DNA of 64,000 nt from the human T2T-CHM13v2.0 reference genome, Homo sapiens: NCBI RefSeq assembly GCF_009914755.1, contig NC_060948.1; one strand, given 5' to 3'. A program made the position numbers and the translations under genes. Positions 1-19,604 of the stretch are shown piece by piece (the stretch's first letter is position 1; the number at the start of each line of letters is the position of its first letter). Below the pieces are notes generated by a model. The model was not told where the DNA came from, searched no databases, and worked only from the letters and a program-made list of their open reading frames with translations.

Positions 1-256
1 GTGGGGTACAATGGCGCCATCTTTGCTCACTGCAACTTCTGCCTCACGGGTCCAAGCGATTGTCCTCCCTCAGCCTCCCAGGTAGCTGGGACTACACCAC
101 ACTGGGACTACACCAGCTGCCACCATGCCTAGCTAATTTTTTGGATTTTTAGTAGTGACAGCGTTTCACTGTATTGGCCAGGATGGTCTTGATCTCTTCA
201 CCTTGTGATCCCCTTGCCTTGGCCTCCAAATTTGCTGGGATTACAGGCCTGAGCCA
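1..256 (-). mobile_element. Decayed Alu in DYZ2 unit 1 (cut by window edge)
   Basis: Antisense Alu motifs on the + strand: cctcagcctccca, gtagctgggactaca, gctaattttttggatttttagtag, gctgggattacaggcctgagcca. Confidence 0.93.
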
Positions 257-828
257 AGATCCATATTTTTTAAATGAAAAAAAATTTCAAAGGTACTCTG
301 CTTGGTACAATAATCAAATGTATAAACTGAGGAATAAAACATAACCATGAAACCTACTTATAACTGCATATGGAAAATACAGAGGATAATTTTTTAAATA
401 ACATATTTTGAAAGCCTTAACTAGTAATTTGAAGAGTTGGCATTTGAAAGGCCAGTATGAATATACCTTCAAAGCAGCAACACAGGTTCCCCATGAGAAA
501 AAGCAAACACAGGGAAAATAAAAACACAAAGGTTCAATCTCTTCTGACCTTTGAAAGACACAGCACAGACAGTGGTCCTTAGGACGAAGAGCAGGAGACC
601 CCTAATTCCGTCACCATGGCGATAGGGCATAAACATTGCTGGGTGAGGGCACAATCCACATTGTGAGGTCCAACTGCTGCCAGGAAGACAGGAGTGCTTT
701 TACATAGACCGAAAGGTCATTGAAGGCTCAGAGTTTTGTTTCAAGAACTGAATCCCAAGCCCAAACGTTATTAGGCTGCGCTTCTTAAAACAAGTTATGA
801 GATGGGAAAAAGGGCACCCACAAACATA
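257..828. repeat. HSATI-type mixed-composition segment of the DYZ2 unit (representative; same offset in every unit)
   Basis: A ~570 bp non-simple sequence between the Alu 5' end and the AT-rich tract, near-identical in all 12 units. Position and size fit the HSATI component of DYZ2. Boundaries are approximate. Confidence 0.8.
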
Positions 829-2675
<1,847 letters not shown>

Positions 2676-4780
2676 AGATCCATATTTTTTAAATGAAAAA
2701 AAATTTCAAAGGTACTCTGCTTGGTACAATAATCAAATGTATAAACTGAGGAATAAAACATAACCATGAAACCTACTTATAACTGCATATGGAAAATACA
2801 GAGGATAATTTTTTAAATAACATATTTTGAAAGCCGTAACTAGTAATTTGAAGAGTTGGCATTTGAAAGGCCAGTATGAATATACCTTCAAAGCAGCAAC
2901 ACAGGTTCCCCATGAGAAAAAGCAAACACAGGGAAAATAAAAACACAAAGGTTCAATCTCTTCTGACCTTTGAAAGACACAGCACAGACAGTGGTCCTTA
3001 GGACGAAGAGCAGGAGACCCCTAATTCCGTCACCATGGCGATAGGGCATAAACATTGCTGGGTGAGGGCACAATCCACATTGTGAGGTCCAACTGCTGCC
3101 AGGAAGACAGGAGTGCTTTTACATAGACCGAAACGTCATTGAAGGCTCAGAGTTTTGTTTCAAGAACTGAATCCCAAGCCCACACGTTATTAGGCTGCGC
3201 TTCTTAAAACAAGTTATGAGATGGGAAAAAGGGCACCCACAAACATACGTATACATTATGTATATAATAATATACAGTATCATATATATAATATATATAA
3301 CCTATGTATAATATTGTTTTACATCCTGCATCTTATGTTATATATATTGTATAAAATATAATAATTGATAATATATAAGTTTTATAAATATACAATATCT
3401 CATATAGTATCTATTATAATTTATGACATATATAATATATGTTATATGTCATATATAGAATATATTATACGGTTAGTATACGTATTAAATATAAATTATA
3501 CATTATATATATTATATATAATATACCTGTTATATATAATACCCATTATGCATAATATATATATTATGTCTATGTTATATATAGTATAAAACAACATATA
3601 ATAATATATAATTGTATATATAAAATGCGACATATAATATATATTATATTTTATAACATATGTAATATATATTATATATTATATATAATACGTTGTATGT
3701 AAAATACCTATATTAAATATATATTATATGACTATGTTATTAATTACATGTCACATGTGTTATATATTATATATTTTACATAGAATATACCGGTTACATA
3801 CAATATATACTATGTTACCTATAATGTATAATTTATTACATGTAAAATAAAGAATGCAATATATTATGTATAATTTATAATATACCATATGTGGAATGTG
3901 ATATATATAACATATAATATATGATATATGATATACAGTATATGATATATAACATACAATATATGATTCCTAATATATATGGTATACAATATATATTTTA
4001 TGATATGTATTCTATATGTTTTATATTCTGTTATATATAACTATTTGAAATTATATATAACTGTATAATATTTTATGTAAATATGTAATATAATATATAT
4101 AACTATATAATATATTATATATAACTATATATTATGTTATATATACTTTTATAACATAATTTACATAAAATATCATAATATAATATATATTATATTATTT
4201 CATATTACATAATATATATTACATATCACCCAATATAACTAACATACATAATATTATAATATAGATTATATTATGTTATATTAAATATCATATAAGTCAT
4301 GTATCATATATTCTATAATATATATTACACATTATATAATATGTATGTTGTCTATTATGTGATATATATAACTATATATATAATTATATTTTTATACATA
4401 TAACTAGATAAACATGTAATTCTACATATTTTCATTTATAATATGTAGAAGTATATAATCATATATAATTATTTATATTCTATAAAAAATTTTATCATTA
4501 TACAAATTATAATATATAAAAATTATAATATGTACTACAAATATATATATTATATATCATATATGATATAGTACCTTTGTTATATATCATAATACATATA
4601 AATGTGTATTATGTTATCTATAATTATATAATTTCATATATAAGATGTATAATATGTATCATATATTATATATGTTATGTAATATATATAGTATATATAA
4701 GATGACACAGGATAAATATTATATACTATGACATATTAAATATATGAGGTTATATGTTACATATAAGGCATAGCACATAA

Positions 4781-5095
<315 letters not shown>

Positions 5096-7216
5096 AGATC
5101 CATATTTTTTAAATGAAAAAAAATTTCAAAGGTACTCTGCTTGGTACAATAATCAAATGTATAAACTGAGGAATAAAACATAACCATGAAACCTACTTAT
5201 AACTGCATATGGAAAATACAGAGGATAATTTTTTAAATAACATATTTTGAAAGCCTTAACTAGTAATTTGAAGAGTTGGCATTTGAAAGGCCAGTATGAA
5301 TATACCTTCAAAGCAGCAACACAGGTTCCCCATGAGAAAAAGCAAACACAGGGAAAATAAAAACACAAAGGTTCAATCTCTTCTGACCTTTGAAAGACAC
5401 AGCACAGACAGTGGTCCTTAGGACGAAGAGCAGGAGACCCCTAATTCCGTCACCATGGCGATAGGGCATAAACATTGCTGGGTGAGGGCACAATCCACAT
5501 TGTGAGGTCCAACTGCTGCCAGGAAGACAGGAGTGCTTTTACATAGACCGAAAGGTCATTGAAGGCTCAGAGTTTTGTTTCAAGAACTGAATCCCAAGCC
5601 CACACGTTATTAGGCTGCGCTTCTTAAAACAAGTTATGAGATGGGAAAAAGGGCACCCACAAACATACGTATACATTATGTATATAATAATATACAGTAT
5701 CATATATATAATATATATAACCTATGTATAATATTGTTTTACATCCTGCATCTTATGTTATATATATTGTATAAAATATAATAATTGATAATATATAAGT
5801 TTTATAAATATACAATATGACATATAGTATATATTATAATTTATGACATATATAATATATGTTATATGTCATATATAGAATATATTATACGGTTAATATA
5901 CGTATTAAATATAAATTATACATTATATATATTATATATAATATATCTGTTATATATAATACCCATTATGCATAATATATATATTATGTCTATGTTATAT
6001 ATAGTATAAAACAACATATAATAATATATAATTGTATATATAAAATGCGACATATAATATATATTATATTTTATAACATATGTAATATATATTATATATA
6101 ATACGTTGTATGTATAATACCTATATTAAATATATATTATATGACTATGTTATTAATTACATGTCACATGTGTTATATATTATATATTTTACATAGAATA
6201 TACCGGTTACATACAATATAAACTATGTTACCTATAATGTATAATTTATTACATGTAAAATAAAGAACGCAATATATTATGTATAATTTATAATATACAA
6301 TATGTGGAATGTGATATATGTAACATATAATATATGACATATGATATACAGTATATGATATATAACATACAATATATGATTCCTAATATATATGGTATAC
6401 AATATATATTTTATGATATGTATTCTATATGTTTTATATTCTGTTATATATAACTATTTGAAATTATATATAACTGTGTAATATTTTATGTAAATATGAA
6501 ATATAATATATATAACTATATAATATATTATATATAACTATATATTATGTTATATATACTTTTATAACATAATTTACATAAAATATCATAATATAATATA
6601 TATTATATTATTTCATATTACATAATATATATTACATATCACCCAATATAACTAACATACATAATATTATAATATAGATTATATTATGTTATATTAAATA
6701 TCATATATATCATGTATCATATATTCTATAATATATATTACACATTATATTATATGTATGTTGTCTATTATGTGATATATATAACTATATATATAATTAT
6801 ATTTTTATACATATAACTAGATAAACATGTAATTTTACATATTTTCATTTATAATATGTAGAATTATATAATCATATATAATTATTTATATTCTATAAAA
6901 AATTTTATCATTATATAAATTATAATATATAAAAATTATAATATGTACTACAAATATATATATTATATATCATATATGATATAGTACCTTTGTTATATAT
7001 CATAATACATATAAATGTGTATTATGTTATCTATAATTATATAATTTCATATATAAGATGTATAATATGTATCATATATTATATATGTTATGTAATATAT
7101 ATAGTATATATAAGATGACACAGGATAAATATTATATACTATGACATATAAAATATATGAGGTTATATGTTACATATAAGGCATAGCACATAACATGTAA
7201 TATATATCATGTATAA

Positions 7217-7508
7217 TTTTTTTTTAGACAGAATCTTGTCCTGTTGCACAGGGTGAGGTACAATGGCGCCATCTTTGCTCACTGCAACTTCTGCCTCACG
7301 GGTCCAAGCGATTGTCCTCCCTCAGCCTCCCAGGTAGCTGGGACTACACCACACTGGGACTACACCAGCTGCCACCATGCCTAGCTAATTTTTTGGATTT
7401 TTAGTAGTGACAGCGTTTCACTGTATTGGCCAGGATGGTCTTGATCTCTTCACCTTGTGATCCCCTTGCCTTGGCCTCCAAATTTGCTGGGATTACAGGC
7501 CTGAGCCA
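7217..7508 (-). mobile_element. Decayed Alu, DYZ2 unit 4
   Basis: Tandem copy carrying the gtgAggtac variant. Confidence 0.93.
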
Positions 7509-9613
7509 AGATCCATATTTTTTAAATGAAAAAAAATTTCAAAGGTACTCTGCTTGGTACAATAATCAAATGTATAAACTGAGGAATAAAACATAACCAT
7601 GAAACCTACTTATAACTGCATATGGAAAATACAGAGGATAATTTTTTAAATAACATATTTTGAAAGCCTTAACTAGTAATTTGAAGAGTTGGCATTTGAA
7701 AGGCCAGTATGAATATACCTTCAAAGCAGCAACACAGGTTCCCCATGAGAAAAAGCAAACACAGGGAAAATAAAAACACAAAGGTTCAATCTCTTCTGAC
7801 CTTTGAAAGACACAGCACAGACAGTGGTCCTTAGGACGAAGAGCAGGAGACCCCTAATTCCGTCACCATGGCGATAGGGCATAAACATTGCTGGGTGAGG
7901 GCACAATCCACATTGTGAGGTCCAACTGCTGCCAGGAAGACAGGAGTGCTTTTACATAGACCGAAAGGTCATTGAAGGCTCAGAGTTTTGTTTCAAGAAC
8001 TGAATCCCAAGCCCACACGTTATTAGGCTGCGCTTCTTAAAACAAGTTATGAGATGGGAAAAAGGGCACCCACAAACATACGTATACATTATGTATATAA
8101 TAATATACAGTATCATATATATAATATATATAACCTATGTATAATATTGTTTTACATCCTGCATCTTATGTTATATATATTGTATAAAATATAATAATTG
8201 ATAATATATAAGTTTTATAATTATACAATATGACATATAGTATATATTATAATTTATGACATATATAATATATGTTATATATCATATATAGAATATATTA
8301 TACGGTTAATATACGTATTAAATATAAATTATACATTATATATATTATATATAATATATCTGTTATATATAATACCCATTATGCATAATATATATATTAT
8401 GTCTATGTTATATATAGTTTAAAACAACATATAATAATATATAATTGTATATATAAAATGCGACATATAATATATATTATATTTTATAACATATGTAATA
8501 TATATTATATATTATATATAATACGTTGTATGTATAATACCTATATTAAATATATATTATATGACTATGTTATTAATTACATGTCACATGTGTTATATAT
8601 TATATATTTTACGTAGAATATACCGGTTACATACAATATATACTATGTTACCTATAATGTATAATTTATTACATGTAAAATAAAGAATGCAATATATTAT
8701 GTATAATTTATAATATAGAATATGTGGAATGTGATATATATAACATATAATATACCATATATGATATACAGTATATGATATATAACATACAATATATGAT
8801 TCCTAATATATATGGTATACAATATATATTTTATGATATGTATTCTATATGTTTTATATTCTGTTATATATAACTATTTGAAATTATATATAACTGTATA
8901 ATATTTTATGTAAATATGTAATATAATATATATAACTATATAATATATTATATATAACTATATATTATGTTATATATACTTTTATAACATAATTTACATA
9001 AAATATCATAATATAATATATATTATATTATTTCATATTACATAATATATATTACATATCACCCAATATAACTAACATACATAATATTATAATATAGATT
9101 ATATTGTGTTATATTAAATATCATATATATCATGTATCATATATTCTATAATATATATTACACATTATATAATATGTATGTTGTATATTATGTGATATAT
9201 ATAACTATATATATAATTATATTTTTATACATATAACTAGATAAACATGTAATTCTACATATTTTCATTTATAATATGTAGAATTATATAATCATATATA
9301 ATTATTTATATTCTATAAAAAATTTTATCATTATATAAATTATAATATATAAAAATTATAATATGTACTACAAATATATATTGTATATATCATATATGAT
9401 ATAGTACCTTTGTTATATTTCATAATACATATAAATGTGTATTATGTTATCTATAATTATATAATTTCATATATAAGATGTATAATATGTATCATATATT
9501 ATAGATGTTATGTAATATATATAGTATATATAAGATGACACAGGATAAATATTATATACTATGACATATAAAATATATGAGGTTATATGTTACATATAAG
9601 GCATAGCACATAA

Positions 9614-9928
<315 letters not shown>

Positions 9929-12056
9929 AGATCCGTATTTTTTAAATGAAAAAAAATTTCAAAGGTACTCTGCTTGGTACAATAATCAAATGTATAAACT
10001 GAGGAATAAAACATAACCATGAAACCTACTTATAACTGCATATGGAAAATACAGAGGATAATTTTTTAAATAACATATTTTGAAAGCCTTAACTAGTAAT
10101 TTGAAGAGCTGGCATTTGAAAGGCCAGTATGAATATACCTTCAAAGCAGCAACACAGGTTCCCCATGAGAAAAAGCAAACACAGGGAAAATAAAAACACA
10201 AAGGTTCAATCTCTTCTGACCTTTGAAAGACACAGCACAGACAGTGGTCCTTAGGACGAAGAGCAGGAGACCCCTAATTCCGTCACCATGGCGATAGGGC
10301 ATAAACATTGCTGGGTGAGGGCACAATCCACATTGTGAGGTCCAACTGCTGCCAGGAAGACAGGAGTGCTTTTACATAGACCGAAAGGTCATTGAAGGCT
10401 CAGAGTTTTGTTTCAAGAACTGAATCCCAAGCCCACACGTTATTAGGCTGCGCTTCTTAAAACAAGTTATGAGATGGGAAAAAGGGCACCCACAAACATA
10501 CGTATACATTATGTATATAATAATATACAGTATCATATATATAATATATATAACCTATGTATAATATTGTTTTACATCCTGCATCTTATGTTATATATAT
10601 TGTATAAAATATAATAATTGATAATATATAAGTTATATAATTATACAATATGACATATAGTATATATTATAATTTATGACATATATAATATATGTTATAT
10701 GTCATATATAGAATATATTATACGGTTAATATACGTATTAAATATAAATTATACATTATATATATTATATATAATATATCTGTTATATATAATACCCATT
10801 ATGAATAATATATATATTATGTCTATGTTATATATAGTATAAAACAACATATAATAATATATAATTGTATATATAAAATGCGACATATAATATATATTAT
10901 ATTTTATAACATATGTAATATATATTATATATTATATATAATACGTTGTATGTATAATACCTATATTAAATATATAATATATGACTATGTTATTAATTAC
11001 ATGTCACATGTGTTATATATTATATATTTTACATAGAATATACCGGTTACATACAATATATACTATGTTACCTATAATGTATAATTTATTACATGTAAAA
11101 TAAAGAATGCAATATATTATGTATAATTTATAATATACAATATGTGGAATGTGATATATATAACATATAATATATGATATATGATATACAGTATATGATA
11201 TATAACATACAATATATGATTCCTAATATATATGGTATACAATATATATTTTATGATATGTATTCTATATGTTTTATATTCTGGTATGTATAACTATTTG
11301 AAATTATATATAACTGTATAATATTTTATGTAAATATGTAATATAATATATATAACTATATAATATATTATATATAACTATATATTATGTTATATATACT
11401 TTTATAACATAATTTACATAAAATATCATAATATAATATATATTATATTATTTCATATTACATAATATATATTACATATCACCCAATATAACTAACATAC
11501 ATAATATTATAATATAGATTATATTGTGTTATATTAAATATCATATATATCATGTATCATATATTCTATAATATATATTACACATTATATAATATGTATG
11601 TTGTCTATTATGTGATATATATAACTATATATATAATTATATTTTTATACATATAACTAGATAAACATGTAATTCTACATATTTTCATTTATAATATGTA
11701 GAATTATATAATCATATATAATTATTTATATTCTATAAAAAATTTTATCATTATATAAATTATAATATATAAAAATTATAATATGTACTACAAATATATA
11801 TATTATATATCATATATGATATAGTACCTTTGTTATATATCATAATACATATAAATGTGTATTATGTTATCTATAATTATATAATTTCATATATAAGATG
11901 TATAATATGTATCATATATTATATATGTTATGTAATATATATAGTATATATAAGATGACACAGGATAAATATTATATACTATGACATATAAAATATATGA
12001 GGTTATATGTTACATATAAGGCATAGCACATAACATTTAATATATATCATATATAA

Positions 12057-12348
12057 TTTTTTTTTAGACAGAATCTTTTCCTGTTGCACAGGGTGGGGTA
12101 TAATGGCGCCATCTTTGCTCACTGCAACTTCTGCCTCACGGGTCCAAGCGATTGTCCTCCCTGAGCCTCCCAGGTAGCTGGGACTACACCACACTGGGAC
12201 TACACCAGCTGCCACCATGCCTAGCTAATTTTTTGGATTTTTAGTAGTGACAGCGTTTCACTGTATTGGCCAGGATGGTCTTGATCTCTTCACCTTGTGA
12301 TCCCCTTGCCTTGGCCTGCAAATTTGCTGGGATTACAGGCCTGAGCCA
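12057..12348 (-). mobile_element. Decayed Alu, DYZ2 unit 6
   Basis: Tandem copy. Confidence 0.93.
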
Positions 12349-14450
12349 AGATCCATATTTTTTAAATGAAAAAAAATTTCAAAGGTACTCTGCTTGGTAC
12401 AATAATCAAATGTATAAACTGAGGAATAAAACATAACCATGAAACCTACTTATAACTGCATATGGAAAATACAGAGGATAATTTTTTAAATAACATATTT
12501 TGAAAGCCTTAACTAGTAATTTGAAGAGTTGGCATTTGAAAGGCCAGTATGAATATACCTTCAAAGCAGCAACACAGGTTCCCCATGAGAAAAAGCAAAC
12601 ACAGGGAAAATAAAACCACAAAGGTTCAATCTCTTCTGACCTTTGAAAGACACAGCACAGACAGTGGTCCTTAGGACGAAGAGCAGGAGACCCCTAATTC
12701 CGTCACCATGGCGATAGGGCATAAACATTGCTGGGTGAGGGCACAATCCACATTGTGAGGTCCAACTTCTGCCAGGAAGACAGGAGTGCTTTTACATAGA
12801 CCGAAAGGTCATTGAAGGCTCAGAGTTTTGTTTCAAGAACTGAATCCCAAGCCCACACGTTATTAGGCTGCGCTTCTTAAAACAAGTTATGAGATGGGAA
12901 AAAGGGCACCCACATACATACGTATACATTATGTATATAATAATATACAGTATCATATATATAATATATATAACCTATGTATAATATTGTTTTACATCCT
13001 GCATCTTATGTTATATATATTGTATAAAATATAATAATTGATAATATATAAGTTTTATATTTATACAATATGACATATAGTATATATTATAATTTATGAC
13101 ATATATAATATATGTTATATGTCATATGTAGAATATATTATACAGTTAATATACGTATTAAATATAAATTATACATTATATATATTATATATAATATATC
13201 TGTTATATATAATACCCATTATGCATAATATATATATTATGTCTATGTTATATATAGTATAACACAACATATAATAATATATAGTTGTATATATAAAATG
13301 CGACATATAATATATATTATATTTTATAACATATGTAATATATATTATATATTATATATAATACGTTGTATGTATAATACCTATATTAAATATATATTAT
13401 ATGACTATGTTATTAATTACATGTCACATGTGTTATATATTATATATTTTACATAGAATATACCGGTTACATACAATATATACTATGGTACCTATAATGT
13501 ATAATTTATTACATGTAAAATAAAGAATGCAATATATTATGTATAATTTATAATATACCATATGTGGAATGTGATATATATAACATATAATATATGATAT
13601 ATGATATACAGTATATGATATATAACATACAATATATGATTCCTAATATATATGGTATACAATATATATTTTATGATATGTATTCTATATGTTTTATATT
13701 CTGTTATATATAACTATTTGAAATTATATATAACTGTATAATATTTTATGTAAATATGTAATATAATATATATAACTATATAATATATTATAGATAACTT
13801 TATATTATGTTATATATACTTTTATAACATAATTTACATAAAATATCATAATATAATATATATTATATTATTTCATATTACATAATATATATTACATATC
13901 ACCCAATATAACTAACATACATAATATTATAATATAGATTATATTGTGTTATATTAAATATCATATATATCATGTATCATATATTCTATAATATATATTA
14001 CACATTATATAATATGTATGTTGTCTATTATGTGATATATATAACTATATATATAATTATATTTTTATACATATAACTAGATAAACATGTAATTCTACAT
14101 ATTTTCATTTAAAATATGTAGAATTATATAATCATATATAATTATTTATATTCTATAAAAAATTTTATCATTATATAAATTATAATATATAAAAATTATA
14201 TATACTACAAATATATATATTATATATCATATATGATATAGTACCTTTGTTATATATCATAATACATATAAATGTGTATTATGTTATCTATAATTATATA
14301 ATTTCATATATAAGATGTATAATATGTATCATATATTATATATGTTATGTAATATATATAGTATATATAAGATGACACAGGATAAATATTATATACTATG
14401 ACATATAAAATATATGAGGTTATATGTTACATATAAGGCATAGCACATAA

Positions 14451-14765
<315 letters not shown>

Positions 14766-16869
14766 AGATCCATATTTTTTAAATGAAAAAAAATTTCAAA
14801 GGTACTCTGCTTGGTACAATAATCAAATGTATAAACTGAGGAATAAAACATAACCATGAAACCTACTTATAACTGCATATGGAAAATACAGAGGATAATT
14901 TTTTAAATAACATATTTTGAAAGCCTTAACTAGTAATTTGAAGAGTTGGCATTTGAAAGGCCAGTATGAATATACCTTCAAAGCAGCAACACAGGTTCCC
15001 CATGAGAAAAAGCAAACACAGGGAAAATAAAAACACAAAGGTTCAATCTCTTCTGACCTTTGAAAGACACAGCACAGACAGTGGTCCTTAGGACGAAGAG
15101 CAGGAGACCCCTAATTCCGTCACCATGGCGATAGGGCATAAACATTGCTGGGTGAGGGCACAATCCACATTGTGAGGTCCAACTGCTGCCAGGAAGACAG
15201 GAGTGCTTTTACATAGACCGAAAGGTCATTGAAGGCTCAGAGTTTTGTTTCAAGAACTGAATCCCAAGCCCAAACGTTATTAGGCTGCGCTTCTTAAAAC
15301 AAGTTATGAGATGGGAAAAAGGGCACCCACAAACATACGTATACATTATGTATATAATAATATACAGTATCATATATATAATATATATAACCTATGTATA
15401 ATATTGTTTTACATCCTGCATCTTATGTTATATATATTGTATAAAATATAATAATTGATAATATATAAGTTTATATTTATACAATATGACATATAGTATA
15501 TATTATAATTTATGACATACATAATATATGTTATATGTCATATGTAGAATATATTATACGGTTAATATACGTATTAAATATAAATTATACATTATATATA
15601 TTATATATAATATATCTGTTATATATAATACCCATTATGCATAATATATATATTATGTCTATGTTATATATAGTATAAAACAACATATAATAATATATAA
15701 TTGTATATATAAAATGCGACATATAATATATATTATATTTTATAACATATGTAATATATATTATATATTACATATAATACGTTGTATGTATAATACCTAT
15801 ATTAAATATATATTATACGACTATGTTATTAATTACATGTCACATGTGTTATATATTATATATTTTACATAGAATATACCGGTTAAATACAATATATACT
15901 ATGTTACCTATAATGTATAATTTATTACATGTAAAATAAAGAATGCAATATATTATGTATAATTTATAATATACAATATGTGGAATGTGATATATATAAC
16001 ATATAATATATGATATATGATATACAGTATATGATATATAACATACAATATATGATTCCTAATATATATGGTATACAATATATATTTTATGATATGTATT
16101 CTATATGTTTTATATTCTGTTATATATAACTATTTGAAATTATATATAACTGTATAATATTTTATGTAAATATGTAATATAATATATATAACTATATAAT
16201 ATATTATAGATAACTATATATTATGTTATATATACTTTTATAACATAATTTACATAAAATATCATAATATAATATATGTTATATTATTTCATATTACATA
16301 ATATATATTACATATCACCCAATATAACTAACATACATAATATTATAATACAGATTATATTGTGTTATATTAAATATCATATATATCATGTATCATATAT
16401 TCTATAATATATATTGCACATTATATAATATGTATGTTGTCTATTATGTGATATATATAACTATATATATAATTATATTTTTATACATATAACTGGATAA
16501 ACATGTAATTCTACATATTTTCATTTATAATATGTAGAATTATATAATCATATATAATTATTTATATTCTATAAAAAATTTTATCATTATATAAATAATA
16601 ATATATAAAAATTATAATATGTACTACAAATATATATATTATATATCATATATGATATAGTACCTTTGTTATATATCATAATACATATAAATGTGTATTA
16701 TGTTATCTATAATTATATAATTTCATATAAAAGATGTATAATATGTATCATATATTATATATGTTATGTAATATATATAGTATATATAAGATGACACAGG
16801 ATAAATATTATATACTATGACATATTAAATATATGAGGTTATATGTTACATATAAGGCATAGCACATAA

Positions 16870-17184
<315 letters not shown>

Positions 17185-19289
17185 AGATCCATATTTTTTA
17201 AATGAAAAAAAATTTCAAAGGTACTCTGCTTGGTACAATAATCAAATGTATAAACTGAGGAATAAAACATAACCATGAAACCTACTTATAACTGCATATG
17301 GAAAATACAGAGGATAATTTTTTAAATAACATATTTTGAAAGCCTTAACTAGTAATTTGAAGAGTTGGCATTTGAAAGGCCAGTATGAATATACCTTCAA
17401 AGCAGCAACACAGGTTCCCCATGATAAAAAGCAAACACAGGGAAAATAAAAACACAAAGGTTCAATCTCTTCTGACCTTTGAAAGACACAGCACAGACAG
17501 TGGTCCTTAGGACGAAGAGCAGGAGACCCCTAATTCCGTCACCATGGCGATAGGGCATAAACATTGCTGGGTGAGGGCACAATCCACATTGTGAGGTCCA
17601 ACTGCTGCCAGGAAGACAGGAGTGCTTTTACATAGACCGAAAGGTCATTGAAGGCTCAGAGTTTTGTTTCAAGAACTGAATCCCAAGCCCACACGTTATT
17701 AGGCTGCGCTTCTTAAAACAAGTTATGAGATGGGAAAAAGGGCACCCACAAACATACGTATACATTATGTATATAATAATATACAGTATCATATATATAA
17801 TATATATAACCTATGTATAATATTGTTTTACATCCTGCATCTTATGTTATATATATTGTATAAAATATAATAATTGATAATATATAAGTTTTATAAATAT
17901 ACAATATCTCATATAGTATATATTATAATTTATGACATATATAATATATGTTATATGTCATATATAGAATATATTATACGGTTAATATACGTATTAAATA
18001 TAAATTATACATTATATATATTATATATAATATACCTGTTATATATAATACACATTATGCATAATATATATATTATGTCTATGTTATATATAGTATAAAA
18101 CAACATATAATAATATATAATTGTATATATAAAATGCGACATATAATATATATTATATTTTATAACATATGTAATATATATTATATATTATATATAATAC
18201 GTTGTATGTAAAATACCTATATTAAATATATATTATATGACTATGTTATTAATTACATGTCACATGTGTTATATATTATATATTTTACATAGAATATACC
18301 GGTTACATACAATATATACTATGTTACCTATAATGTATAATTTATTACATGTAAAATAAAGAATGCAATATATTATGTATAATTTATAATATACCATATG
18401 TGGAATGTGATATATATAACATATAATATATGATATATGATATACAGTATATGATATATAACATACAATATATGATTCCTAATATATATGGTATACAATA
18501 TATATTTTATGATATGTATTCTATATGTTTTATATTCTGTTATATATAACTATTTGAAATTATATATAACTGTATAATATTTTATGTAAATATGTAATAT
18601 AATATATATAACTATATAATATATTATATATAACTATATATTATGTTATATATACTTTTATAACATAATTTACATAAAATATCATAATATAATATATATT
18701 ATATTATTTCATATTACATAATATATATTACATATCACCCAATATAACTAACATACATAATATTATAATATAGATTATATTATGTTATATTAAATATCAT
18801 ATAAGTCATGTATCATATATTCTATAATATATATTACACATTATATAATATGTATGTTGTCTATTATGTGATATATATAACTATATATATAATTATATTT
18901 TTATACATATAACTAGATAAACATGTAATTCTACATATTTTCATTTATAATATGTAGAAGTATATAATCATATATAATTATTTATATTCTATAAAAAATT
19001 TTATCATTATACAAATTATAATATATAAAAATTATAATATGTACTACAAATATATATATTATATATCATATATGATATAGTACCTTTGTTATATATCATA
19101 ATACATATAAATGTGTATTATGTTATCTATAATTATATAATTTCATATATAAGATGTATAATATGTATCATATATTATATATGTTATGTAATATATATAG
19201 TATATATAAGATGACACAGGATAAATATTATATACTATGACATATTAAATATATGAGGTTATATGTTACATATAAGGCATAGCACATAA

Positions 19290-19604
<315 letters not shown>

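Noticed and set aside
314-654. Recurrent 71-aa and 61-aa minus-strand ORFs (MCFYF..., MCPHP...) in each DYZ2 unit
   Set aside because: They are short, overlapping, have no recognisable domain and do not clearly start at ATG. Their recurrence follows from tandem duplication, most variants change amino acids, and the 71-aa ORF is lost in unit 12.
3365-3589. I/Y-rich ORFs in the AT tract (also 17874-18098 and 27641-27880) and the Alu-derived ORF at 12003-12218
   Set aside because: Chance loss of stop codons in low-complexity or Alu sequence. They are useful only as markers of the 14,509 bp period.
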